Below, one piece after another: positions 23,369 through 35,092 of a DNA stretch of 64,000 nucleotides. The position numbers were made by a program, and so were the translations under genes. The stretch is from the NCBI RefSeq assembly GCF_006345805.1, contig NC_043001.1, forward strand, positions 118,606,001 to 118,670,000, in the 5' to 3' direction. The notes below the pieces were generated by a model. It did no database searches, had not been told where the DNA came from, and saw only the letters and a list, made by a program, of their open reading frames with translations. How positions within the stretch are numbered: position 1 is the stretch's first letter; each line of letters begins with the position of its first letter. The DNA is from Octopus sinensis (lineage: Eukaryota).

Positions 23369-25414
23369 TTGTGCTTACAGCTTATATCTTTTTGATATCA
23401 TTTCCTGATATATATTTACTATTTGTTCTTTTTTTATCTTTTAAGTTGCATCTTTTTACACTACAATTACTTTTAGTTTAGTTGTAATTATTACCTTTCT
23501 TATCGTTAATTGATTTACCCAAGTAGTTTGTCCTTAAGTTCCTGTCAAAAATATCTTTGCATATTTTTAGAATTTTAGTTATTCTTCTCTGTGGTGAATA
23601 TTTTATATGCAGATTGTATGGGTATAAATTGATATTGGAAAAGCGTGGGTTCCACCTCTTCCCCCGTTTATCATTTCTGTTGCTAACAAAATCAGATTAT
23701 GTTTTTACGAAAAGACAAATTTGGGACATATTTCAATTTCATAAATGTCATTTATTTAAAAATCTGAGATTACAATGAATACTTGTTTCATATATCTACA
23801 AAAAACTCACTCCAAACATTTGACATGCCTCGTTTATTTTTGTTAACAAGAAAAATGAATATTTGTTCTTCCTGAGGTATAAACCATTCGAAAGAAATCT
23901 GTATTTCTCTTCTGGTTGATTAGTGCCAAAAAGAAAAGGAAATGATAAACAAACAATAATTCAAGGGAAATAATATATTTTAATATTTAGCCACTTGTTT
24001 AGCCCTAGGTCAACACAATGATCCTGCATACATGATCAAACGCATTCAAATGTTTTACTTAATACATTCTTCTCTTTTTAAACGATTGGGTGTAAAGGAG
24101 GCTGTTATTTCTAGCAATTCGATCGACCACACAGAAACTTACCCGCAGATTGGATTTTTGTGGGTTAGTTTATACTCGGAGTTTAAAATTTATTTCATAA
24201 TTCTCTTCTCTTATGTTTTTCGATACAGTTTCTCTTTTAATGTTAATTCCTCGTATTGTTCTTACCCCCGATCGAATTGCCGCAGTGTATGACTGGTACA
24301 TACTTAATTAATCCCTTAATACACGGAGAGATTCGAAATCGAGACGAAGATAGATGTAACTAAATACCCAGTCCAGTGTATTTATTCCGGTTTTGTAGTA
24401 TATCTCTTTATTGTTGTAAAATAAAATCGAGGAACAAAGATTAAAAAAAAAACATTAAAAATAAAAAAAAGTCTTGCCCCTCTTTGCTCCACTACAAACT
24501 TTCTAAAAAATTTTATTTCAAAAGTATTGAATCCTGCCTGACTACTTTGCTTATATTTTGCTGATCTTTGTTGGTTCAACGACATAAGAGGAGTCTCTAC
24601 GTTGATATTTGACTTGCTAGAAATAGCAGCCAAATGTCTTAAACTTTGTCTTTCCTTCTTTACAAAGAACACGACTAGATGATCACAGCTGGAATACCGT
24701 TGATTATAAGTCTGCTTAATTAGGGCCTCAGGCCTAAACAACGACAGTAACTATCTGTTGCTCAACACTGCAATTTTCATTATCATTTATTTAGTAATCA
24801 CTTTTTTTTTTCACATTAAATTCTGATATAATCGTTATATATATCATCTGAAAGGTATTTGTAGAAGATTTCATTAGAAAATATCCATTGTTCTTAAAGT
24901 TACGAGGAAACAAATTTGGGATGGGAGTATACTTGTGTAGGTAGGCCCATAATAATCTTTTCTACTATAGTGTCTGGAATTTGGGGAGAGTTGGGGCCAG
25001 TGGATTCCATCGACCCCAAGTCCTCCACTGATTCTTTATCAACCTCCAAAGGATTGAATGTAAAGGTTGACCTCGGCGTAAGTTCAACTCAGTACGTAAA
25101 GCCACTGGTTTCTGATTGTTTCTAAGTTAGGCATAAAAGTCAGTAGTTTTGGGAGGAGGAGTTTAGTCGATACCATTGACCCAGTGCTTGACTGATCTGG
25201 ACTGCGGAGAAATGAAAGGCGAAAAGTAAAATTTAGTTTGTTGAAGGAAAAAGGCAACGAAACATTGTTATCTCCCTTCGTGATTTGTTTGACGTACAAG
25301 ACCAACAACTGGACCTTTACGTGGTCGCTCAAAATGCTAGAAATAGCAGCTAAGTCTTCCTCAACTCACATTTCACCTTTTAAAAAAAAGAAAAGATGCA
25401 TTAAGCAAAATCTA

Positions 25415-26302
25415 CGAGGAGCATTCCTGAAGTTTTTGAGGCTTCTTTTAGCAGAAGCAGTTATAACTGTTCTAGATTACTGCAATTTTAGAAGTTAGCA
25501 TATCTTTATTTCGTTTATCATTACATGTCTGATAGCTGACATGTCAACTTTTGTTATTCCAGATTGAATGAGATGGCTGTAACAGCATTTTGAACACATC
25601 ATACTAAGCACTGCTCGTCACAGCTGACTATAATGTGCAGAATGCAGTCAGGACATTTGGGAGCTTGTTATGCAATAAAGTTTTGTATTAGACTGGGCAA
25701 AATCTTTACATATATTTATGAAATGCTCCAGCCTATTTGTGGATCAACTTTTTTGCTAGCATAAGAAGTTCAAGGATAGCAGAGAGTAAGTGTGAAAGGG
25801 AGAGGAACATCAGTGCTGGTTGAGAAAATTGGTAATTTTCTGGATGACATTGTGTGTCTATAAAGACGATAAACATCCAATTTGGAGTTGGTGTAGCAAC
25901 TATACACACAACTATTCACGATGATGTGAACTTGCGCCAAATTTGTGCAAATTTTGTTCCCAAGGTGCTCAGTGATTAGCATCCTAGCAACCATCTATTT
26001 GACAGAGATGAGTGTCAAAACTGTCCCTTACCCTCCTTATAGTCCAGACCTTACTTCCTGTGACTTTTGCTTGTATCCCAAGCTGAAGGAGAACCACACA
26101 AGTAGTCTACTTTGAAGTTGAAGGACACCTTCACTTTGGAGTACTTCAATGGGGGGGGGGGCTTCACAAAGTGGCTGGAGTGCTACAACAAGTGAATTGA
26201 AGTCAGAGGATCCGACTTTGAAGAAGATTAGAGTTTTGTACTATTTTGAAATTGATAAATGTTTCTCCTGAAAGTGTCTGAAAACTTATGGAATGCACTT
26301 CA
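25415..26302 (+). mobile_element. Internally deleted mariner element with imperfect TIRs and TA target duplication
   Basis: Left end ta|cgaggagcattcctgaagttttt versus reverse complement of right end ta|tgaagtgcattccataagttttc. Internal FVPKVLSD (WVPxxL motif) and VKTVPYPPYSPDLTSCDFCLYPKLKE (YSPDLAPxD motif, about 26014-26091). Confidence 0.8.
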
Positions 26303-28100
26303 TAGTCCCTCATTTACAAAAGAACATGGTCACAACTAGAACATCTTTGATCATAGATCCGCTTGATTAGAGTTGACACAGGGGTTAAACAACAACAACA
26401 ACTGCCATGAGACAAACCAAAAAGTGTACCTCTGTATGGTTACACAAACTGCTAGAAATAATAGCCAAACCTTTTTCAAATTAATTTTTTGTCTGAAAAA
26501 AAGAAATGGTAATTTATATTTGATTACAATGAAATCTTTGTTAGAATTTCATTTAAATATAGGAATCATTGTAGGAACATAAACTGACCGTAGTAATTGA
26601 CTGCTATTTTATTTTAAGTGCTCTAAATACCATGAAAAAGATGGGATGTTATGAATGGAATCTCTGTTGGATTCTGACAATATAGCTAAAAAAACAGTAA
26701 GCTTTGTGGGGAACTTTGGCCCAACATTTCAAAGTAACAAAATATTTGTGTCTTCCTCATTGTTTACATTTGCATTTGCATTGTCCTAGCCTCTGAGAAA
26801 GAGATACAGGCAATGTGACATTTATTGATTCAAATTCACCTTTTGTATTGCACTATGATCAGAATGCTTAATCTTGATTGTTCTTTAGTCTCAGGCAAGC
26901 TCTAATAAGATCCTCTTGTCTTTTATTATTGAAACATTGTTTAATACTACATTATCCAATGTATTCTTTTATTGCATTTTAAAGATAATAGGTGTAATTT
27001 GAGGAAGATTTACCTGCTATTTCTAGCATAAATCTTCCTCCCTGAATTATTGTTAATAGTGTTTCTAATACCATTATTCTCGTTTTTAGCCTCAGATAAG
27101 TCCTGACCAAACAGACCTTTTCTCATCATGGCCATTCCATCTCTTTTTCAAGACATTGAATGCAAGGCTACAAATATCTAATGTCTTCATACATTCTTTT
27201 ATGATGGTTAAATGTAATTTGAGGGAAATTTGGCTGTTATGTTTAGGAAGTGGAGCAGTTGTATAAAGGCTCCTTCAGTAGTTCATATGGAATATATTCT
27301 GTAATAGACGGGGGGTAAATATCAAAGGAAATTTTTTTTTGCTTCTAAAGTTATTAAACTGTGGATAATTACTGAAATAGACCATGAAAATGCAAACAGC
27401 CTGGCTGGTTATGGCTAGAATGCATTTGATCATAGGTTTGTTTAATCAGGGCTGATCTTAAACTTATTAGCACCAATTCCCATCTCTGTAAATTTGACTT
27501 GGTTATTATTAAGAGAGAGGATTAGCTTTAGAGTGGTCCACTGATAAAACTTTTACAGTATTAGACAAAATGTCACAAGGCATTTGTTCAGGCTCTTTAT
27601 ATTTTGATGCCAAAATCTCACAAAGGCCAACTTTGCTTTTCTTACTTCTGGGGTCAATAGAATAAAGTACCAGTCAAGTACTGGGGTCAATTTAATCGAT
27701 TAACTCCTATCCCCAAATTTGAAACCTTGTGGCTGTGTTAAAAAACATTATTATTGACAGAATTGTTTTGACCATCAAACAAAATACTTAGTAGTATTTG
27801 TTCTAGCTCTTTGCATTCTGAGTTCAAATCCTGCTGACGTTAACTTTGCCGTTTCTCTTTAAGTACCAGACTAGACATGGGGGGTTGATGCAAACTTGCT
27901 TGATTTCTGGCCTTGTGCCTATGTAAGAAATTATATTGACTTTTCTTTCAGTGCCACTACAAATCTTTGATTTATCTTTTGTTTTTTATTTCTTTTTCAG
28001 CTCAATGCTAAACAATAAACAATACTAGATAACATTTATTTCAAATTTATTCACAAGTGTACTACTTTGTGCTCGGAGGTGCTGTTCTTCTCTACTAAAA

Positions 28101-28608
28101 ATGTCTCGCTATGATGTAGAGAAGTTCCATCCACCCCCAGACCCTGAACTGATTTGCTGTATCTGCCAGTGTGTACTCGACAATGCAAAAGAAAGCCCAT
28201 GTCGCCATGTCTTCTGTAAAGTGTGCATAGAGCAGTGGCTGGAGGATCACAACAGTTGTCCAACATGTCGTACGTGGTTGAGTAAGCATGACCTTCAGAA
28301 TGTGCTGCCCCTTGTTCAAAACATGATCAATAAATTGGCCATGTACTGTGACTTCCGTAATAATGGCTGTGATGAGAAAATTATACTGGAGATGTATGAT
28401 GCGCACATTCAGAAGTGTGACTTCAAACTATTGCAGTGTCCCTACCCCGGTTGCAATTCAACTGTATTACATAAGGACCTTTCCAAACATATGAATGAAC
28501 TGTGCACTTTCCGGGAGGTAACCTGCAACAGAGGTTGTTATTTAAAAATCCCAATTAATGAAGTACCTGTCCATGACTGCCTTTCTTCTTTAAAGAAAAA
28601 ATCAGAAA
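28101..28608 (+). CDS. RING finger (C3HC4) plus TRAF/SIAH-type zinc finger E3 ubiquitin ligase, RNF151/NRDP1(RNF41)-like N-terminus, coding exon 1
   Basis: ATG at 28101, in an exon whose acceptor (tttttcag) ends at 28000. MSRYDVEKFHPPPDPELICCICQCVLDNAKESPCRHVFCKVCIEQWLEDHNSCPTCR is a C3HC4 RING, followed by C/H clusters (CDFRNNGC...HIQKC, CPYPGC...HMNELC, CNRGC...HDC). Donor GAAA|gtaagt starts at 28609 (phase 1). Confidence 0.88.
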
Positions 28609-29405
28609 GTAAGTGGGTTTTTAAAATTTTTTCTTTTTTTCTTTTTTTCCTCATTTTTCCAAAATATAAAATCAAAGTATGTGCCACCAATTTCATGCTC
28701 ATGTGTCTGAACCTACTTTAAAGCACCTTTTTGTGGTTCTCATATCTTTAGTTTGTCTATCAGGCAACACAGATTCTGCTCCTACTTTCTAGTTAGCTGT
28801 AGGAATGGCATCCTGCTTTGAAAATAAATGTGTCCAATAAAATACAAACCTCATCAATGCTAACATGGAAAAATTAATGTAAAACAGCCGTAACTTATAA
28901 AGATGTATTTAATTAAGGAGTAGAAGGAGCCTGTGGAGAGAGAAAAGTAGTGAAAGCTAATCTCAGGATGCTCATAAAGGATGTTTTCAGGAAATTTATG
29001 AAGGAGTTGACAAGTAGCAAGACTCTGTGCTGGAGCAGATATGTCTGACTCATGCCAACATGTGGGGGGGGGATGTATGCAAAATAATAATGAGAAGGAA
29101 TAAGTTGACAAAAGTAGTAGAATGCTTGAGTGAATTACGTATAGGACTTAGATTTGTCCCATTGTGTTCTGAGTTCAAATTTGTATTGGAAACTTCTTCA
29201 CTCTTCATCCGTCTATTATTGGTTTAAAATTTTGGCTCAAGGCCAGTAATTTCAAGAGAGGGTGTAAGTCAATTACATTGACTCCAGTGATACATATCAT
29301 ATTTATATATAATCATACATATATGCTAGCATGGAAAGCGGACGCTAAATGATGATGATGATGATGATGATATATACATATATATATAATCATATATATA
29401 TATTC

Positions 29406-29436
<31 letters not shown>

Positions 29437-29450
29437 TTATATATGTAGCT

Positions 29451-29538
29451 GTCAGGATGGCTGAGCGGTCTAAGGCACCAGGACGTAGAGTATTCTGGTC
29501 CACGAACGTGGGCATGGGTTCGTGTCCCACTTCTGACA
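29451..29538 (+). pseudogene. tRNA-Leu-derived sequence (88 nt) with aberrant anticodon loop, copy 1
   Basis: GTCAGGATGGCTGAGCGGTCTAAGGCACCAGG...TTCTGGTCCACGAACGTGGGCATGGGTTCGTGTCCCACTTCTGACA has the acceptor stem, D-arm and long variable arm of eukaryotic tRNA-Leu(CAA/CAG). The anticodon loop is 11 nt and the T-loop is TTCGTGT rather than TTCGAAT. Confidence 0.75.
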
Positions 29539-30173
29539 GAAATCTTTATATGTACATTATATATATATATATATATCATTATATATATATCAAAACAGTC
29601 ATTCTCTAATTGTGGAGGGAACCTGTGGAATGGGTAGACTAGGAAGTCATGGGGTGAAGTGGTGAGAAAGAATCTTCAGACATTGGGCCTCACGGAGATC
29701 ACAAGAGACCGAGACTTCTGGTAGTTTGATGTGCTTCAGATGAGATGTCTAGCTAGGTAAAATCGTGGCCATCCATGCATACAGGCATGTCTTCTACATC
29801 TTTCTCTCAGTTGAGTGATTCTAGTCTTGCAGGTTTGTGGGTGCTGGTGCCATGTAAAAGCCTTTGCATCAGAGCCATGTAAAAGTACCTGTGCTGGTGC
29901 CATGTAAAATCCTTGGGCTAGTACCACATTAAAAGCACCCAGTACATTCATTAGGAAGGGCATCCAGCTGTAGAAACCATGCCAAAACAGACAAATGGAA
30001 CCCGGACAGCTCTCCAGCTTGCCAGCTCCTTTCAAACCATTCAGCTCATGTCAACCTGGAAAATGGACATTAAACAATGATGGTGATTTATATATATATA
30101 TATATTGATGTAGATATAGATATGTTAAGGTGTGGTGGCCTAGTGATTTAGTGTGCTGCACTCATGATTGCAA

Positions 30174-30632
30174 GATCATCATCATCATCATCATCATCGT
30201 TTAGCGTCCGCTTTCCATGCTAGCATGGGTTGGACGGGTCAACTGGGGTCTGTGAAGCTGGAAGGCTTCGTCAGGCCCAGTCAGATCTGGCAGTGTTTCT
30301 ACGGCTGGATGCCCTTCCTAACGCCAACCACTCCGCGAGTGTAGTGGGTGTTTTTTACGTGCCACCTGCACAGGTGCCAGACAGAGCTGGCGAACGGATG
30401 GTGCTTTTACGTGTCACCGGCACGGAGCCAGGCGATGCTGGCAACGGACACGAACGGATGGTGCTTTTATGTGCCACCGACACGGGGCCAGACAGAGCTG
30501 GCAACCGGCCACGAACGGACGGTGCTTTTACGTGTCACCGGCACGGGGGCCAGCCGAGGCTGGCAACGGATGCGAACGGATGGTGCTTTTACGTGCCACC
30601 GACACGGTTGCCAGACAGAGCTGGCAAACGGC
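30174..30632 (-). mobile_element. (GAT)n-tailed SINE-like retroposon with internal approximately 60-bp tandem repeats
   Basis: (CAT)n then cgtttagcgtccgctttccatgctagcatggg...ctggatgcccttcctaacgccaacc, followed by about 5 units beginning gaacggatggtgcttttacgtg. Relatives lie at 29326-29369, about 32350-32540 and 55945-56140. Confidence 0.75.
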
Positions 30633-30670
30633 CAGCTATATATATATATATGTACATTATATATGTAGCT

Positions 30671-30758
30671 GTCAGGATGGCCGAGCGGTCTAATGCACCA
30701 GGACGTAGAGTATTCTGGTCCACGAACGTGGGCGTGGGTTCGTGTCCCACTTCTGACA
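30671..30758 (+). pseudogene. tRNA-Leu-derived sequence, copy 2 (part of a local duplication)
   Basis: Differs from copy 1 at three positions (GGCCGAG, TAATGC, GGCGTGG). Confidence 0.75.
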
Positions 30759-31307
30759 GAAATCTTTATATGTACATTATATATATATATATATATATCC
30801 TTATATATATATCAAAACTGTCATTCTCTAATTGTGGAGGGAACCTGTGGAATGGGTAGACTAGGAAGTCATGGGGTGAAGTGGTGAGAAAGAATCTTCA
30901 GACATTGGGCCTCACAGAGATCACAAGAGACCGAGACTTCTGGTAGTTTGCTGTGCTTCAGATGAGATGTCTAGCTAAGTAAAATCGTGGCCATCCATGC
31001 ATACAGGCATGTCTTCTACATCTTTCTCTCAGTTGAGTGATTCTAGTCTTGCAGGTTTGTGGGTGCTGGTGCCATGTAAAAGCCTTTGCATCAGCGCCAT
31101 GTAAAAGTACCTGTGCTGGTGCCATGTAAAATCCTTGGGCTAGTACCACATTAAAAGCACCCAGTACATTCATTAGGAAGGGCATCCAGCTGTAGAAACC
31201 ATGCCAAAACAGACAAATGGAACCCGGACAGCTCTCCAGCTGGCCAGCTCCTTTCAAACCATCCAGCCCATATCAACCTGGAAAATGGACATAAAACAAT
31301 GATGGTG

Positions 31308-31347
<40 letters not shown>

Positions 31348-34300
31348 ATGTAGATATAGATATGTTAAGGTGTGGTGGCCTAGTGATTTAGTGTGCTGCA
31401 CTCATGATGGCAAGATAGTGTTTTCAATTCCCAAACCAGGTTGTGTTATGTTCTTGACCAAAAACACTTGATTTCATGTTGCTCCGGTCCATTCAGCTAT
31501 AAATGGATAACTCCGTAATGGACTGACATTCTGTTGGCCTGGTCACATAGCCAGCTGGGTGGCAACATTTGAAAGCTACAATGATGCAAGGAACACATTG
31601 TGACCAGTTGTGTATAACAACTTCTGATGTGGATACAGTAATATAGATAGACAGACTGACAAATAGACAGACAGACAGACAGACTTGTAAGACAAAGGCC
31701 CCTTGGCTGGGAGAGAGAGAGAGAGGGAGGGAGAGAGGGAGGTGGCTTTGTAACTGTTGAGAGGTTAAAGCATAATAAAGGGATAGAGATAAGTGTCTTA
31801 CTATAGAGGAGATATTTGGCTATATAGGAAAAGAAAGGATAGGAAAGTGAGATAGGGAGAAAGATAGAGACAAACGGAGTGAGGGAGAGAGAGAAATAGA
31901 TGGTGTTGGAGATGTATTGGGGGGGGGGACATACAAGATACAGTGGGGGTGGATGTAAGTGGTACAAAGGAGATAGAGGGGTATTGTTTCATAAGAGTCT
32001 AAGGGGAGATGCTTAGGAATGGAGAAGATGTGATTGTAGCAAGTGATGGTGAGAAATTGGAGTGACTGGTGGGGGTAGTAGATATGTGAGGGAGAGTGGA
32101 GGGGTCTGCAGCAGGTGGTGATCATGGGTAGGGGAAAGAGGTGTTGGGAAGATTGGTTTTGGAGGAGTCTTGACAGGAGACAGATTGTGTATGTGTGGTG
32201 GGCATGGCTGTAAAGGACCTGCCTGTATGGTCACAATTTGATTTAGCTTGGTGTGTCTTCTCAAGCCCAGCAAATTGCCAGTTGTCTCGGTCTCTTCTTA
32301 TCTCCTCTGTGAGGCTCAGCTGAGGACCGTTTCTCATCACTATGTCCTACTGAGACTGGTGCCACATCAAAGCACCCAGTACATTCTGTAAAGTGGTTGG
32401 CGTTGGGAAGGGCATTCAGTTGCAGAAACCATGCCAAAGCAGACAAAGGAGCCTGGTGAGCTCCTCTAGCTTATCAGCTCCTATCAAACTGTCCAACCCA
32501 TACCAGCATGGAAAGCAGATGTTAAATGGTGATGATGGTGATTAGTAATAACATTTTTACTTTGTTGAAAACTCATTTCTAGTATATACATTCCATAAAT
32601 TTATAGGGTGTGATTTATATATGGTGTTCTTGTTCCTACCTATATTCCTTCCTTGCACTTTCAAAAGTAACTTCATGGTGTAGTTATGGTGTAAGCTTGA
32701 TTCATTAAAAGATTAACTCAAAGATTTCTTTTTTGCACTACAAATTTTATTGTTACTTCACTTTTAAACCATCTTAACTATAAAATGAAATCAAAGATTT
32801 GAAGCAGCAATGTGAAAGGATTAGAGAATAATGAGGATGGGAAATGGGAGAAAGGAGAGCCAACAGAATTGAGTGTATTGCTACAATGGTAAAGTTTGAC
32901 TACTGCTGCTGTTACAGACTTATCCTGGTAACTTCACTCTTTGATGTTTTTACATCAGTGTAAGGAAGCTCATAATTTCAGGAAAATATCTGAAATTATA
33001 AAGGTACAATTTTCTTTGCCTCATTTTGAAACAAAGTTGCTACACCTGAAAGAAAAGGACTTTATTGTTTGAGGATATAAGTATAGACAATGAAACAATT
33101 TTATGAAGATTTGTAAATTTGTGCATCAATATAGGAGTAAGAAAATGTATAAAATGTGGAATTCCAGATGGCCCCACATTTAGTCTTTATAATTCTTATT
33201 GTTACTAGTGTAATCATTCTTAAAAATGATATATAGTAACTTTTGTTAATACTTGAAACATCTATTTTTCTTTCTTTCCATCAAAATGACTACTAACTCA
33301 TTCATATCATACATATACCTTTACCAATTTTACCATACCAACAAGGCTGGCATGTTGTGTGTAGGACTATATTATCTGCTATATTCTTTTTGTTTTTTAA
33401 GGTGTGGGAGATTTGGCTGCTCTCTCTAGCAGTCTCATTGATTACCTCTATTCTGTTTAGAGTAATCATTTTTACACATGGTTACCTTTTTTTACAGCTT
33501 GCCACTCAATCATGAAATGCAAGTGGAATTTAAACTAGAGTAGACAGTGTTATGTAACTTACTTTGGGTCACTACATATTATGGAAGTGGTGAGCTTAGA
33601 AATTATGATTCGTTCGTTTTATGTCAGTCTTCCTATGCTAGTATGGGTTAGGTGAATTCTATATTATTGAGACATTGTTTTACAGCTTAATGCCTTTCCT
33701 GTCTCTATCTATTTTTCAAGTAAGGGATCTCCCATTCCACAAGTTTTCTAATGTGCAGTGCCAGTGAATGATTTATTGGTGGAGAAAGACAACAAATTTC
33801 ACCACTTTTGTAGCTCAGCAGCTTTTCATGCAAAGTATGTAGAATGTAACCATTCACACACGCACGCTCTCTCTCTGTCTCTATCTGTCTGTCTGTCTCT
33901 CTCTCTCTCTCATGCATCTGCGATGAGCTTTGTACAGTTTTTATCTACCAAATTCACTCACAAGGTATTGGCTGGGCTGCAGTAGCAGACACTTCCTAAG
34001 GTGCTGCACAGTGAGAAATGACATCAAAACCACAAACTTCTTAACCACACAGTCATGCCTGCACTGTGTAATCGGTAACTCTGTATCATAACCTCATCGT
34101 GCACAGACTTTATGCGAAGGTGGTCCACAAAATTCTTAAGGAAAACTTCTTGGTTTACCAAATATAAATTTACTTTCAATTGCATTATGTAACAATATGA
34201 TAGGGCATAAATATTTGTAATTAAGAAATTAATCATGCATCATTTGTTTTACTTCAGTTTTTATGCCATGCTGGCTTGGGTTGGACCGATACTATTTAGA

Positions 34301-34462
34301 GCAGTATTTTACAGCTGGATACTTTTCTTATTGCCGACACCTATCAGTTTTTCAAGTAAGGGATTACTTTATTCCTAAACTTGAAAACCACAGGACTATA
34401 GGACACACAATATAAACAATACATGACGATTATATATATAGATACATACATACACACACACC

Positions 34463-34498
<36 letters not shown>

Positions 34499-34557
34499 TA
34501 GAAAAAAACACTTATCAATTTTCTCTGTAAGTTTGGATTTATATTCCCTCAAATAAT

Positions 34558-34601
<44 letters not shown>

Positions 34602-35092
34602 ACACACATCATTATATATATATATATATATACATATATACACACACACACACAGAGTATATATATGTATGTATATGTTTGTGTGTGTGTGTGTGTGTAT
34701 GTTTGTATGACAGGCTTCCATTCAGTTTCTATGCAGTCAGATTGAACTTAATGCCACAGAGTTGCAAAGCAAACTTCTTAGCCAGATCTCCATGGCTGCA
34801 CCTAATTTCATAAGTTACATGTAAATTAATTGATTTTGATTTAAGATTATCTTTTGTAAAAACATTTCATAACTCCTTTCATCTTTTGAACTTTGCCATG
34901 GACCACTGATGATCCCCTTGCACCATGTTGTGTATCATTGTTTTAACCCCACTGCTATTGTTCTTCTTTTCTGAACATGTCTAGTTTATCTTTCAACAAT
35001 TTGAAAAATTTATCCTAAAATCTCTTATCTGGAAAGTATTTCCACATATATATATATATCTAAATTGTTTTTAATTTTTTTTTTTTTTTCAG

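Larger units (their letters stand above)
29427..31400 (+). repeat. Recent direct duplication of about 750 bp (about 29427-30175 and 30645-31400) separated by a reverse-strand SINE
   Basis: The two copies are almost identical through the tRNA-Leu-like insert, an RTE-like 3' end (RKSWGEVVRKNLQTLGLTE) and SINE pieces. Offset is about 1220 bp. Confidence 0.9.

Noticed and set aside
28609-28721. C-terminal hydrophobic extension of the 206-aa RING ORF
   Set aside because: Read-through into the intron past a consensus GTAAGT donor; splicing to 35093 keeps frame and continues the coiled coil.
30230-30887. Overlapping 64-209-aa ORFs
   Set aside because: They span a SINE with internal tandem repeats, a TA tract and the tRNA-like insert; no protein homology recognised.
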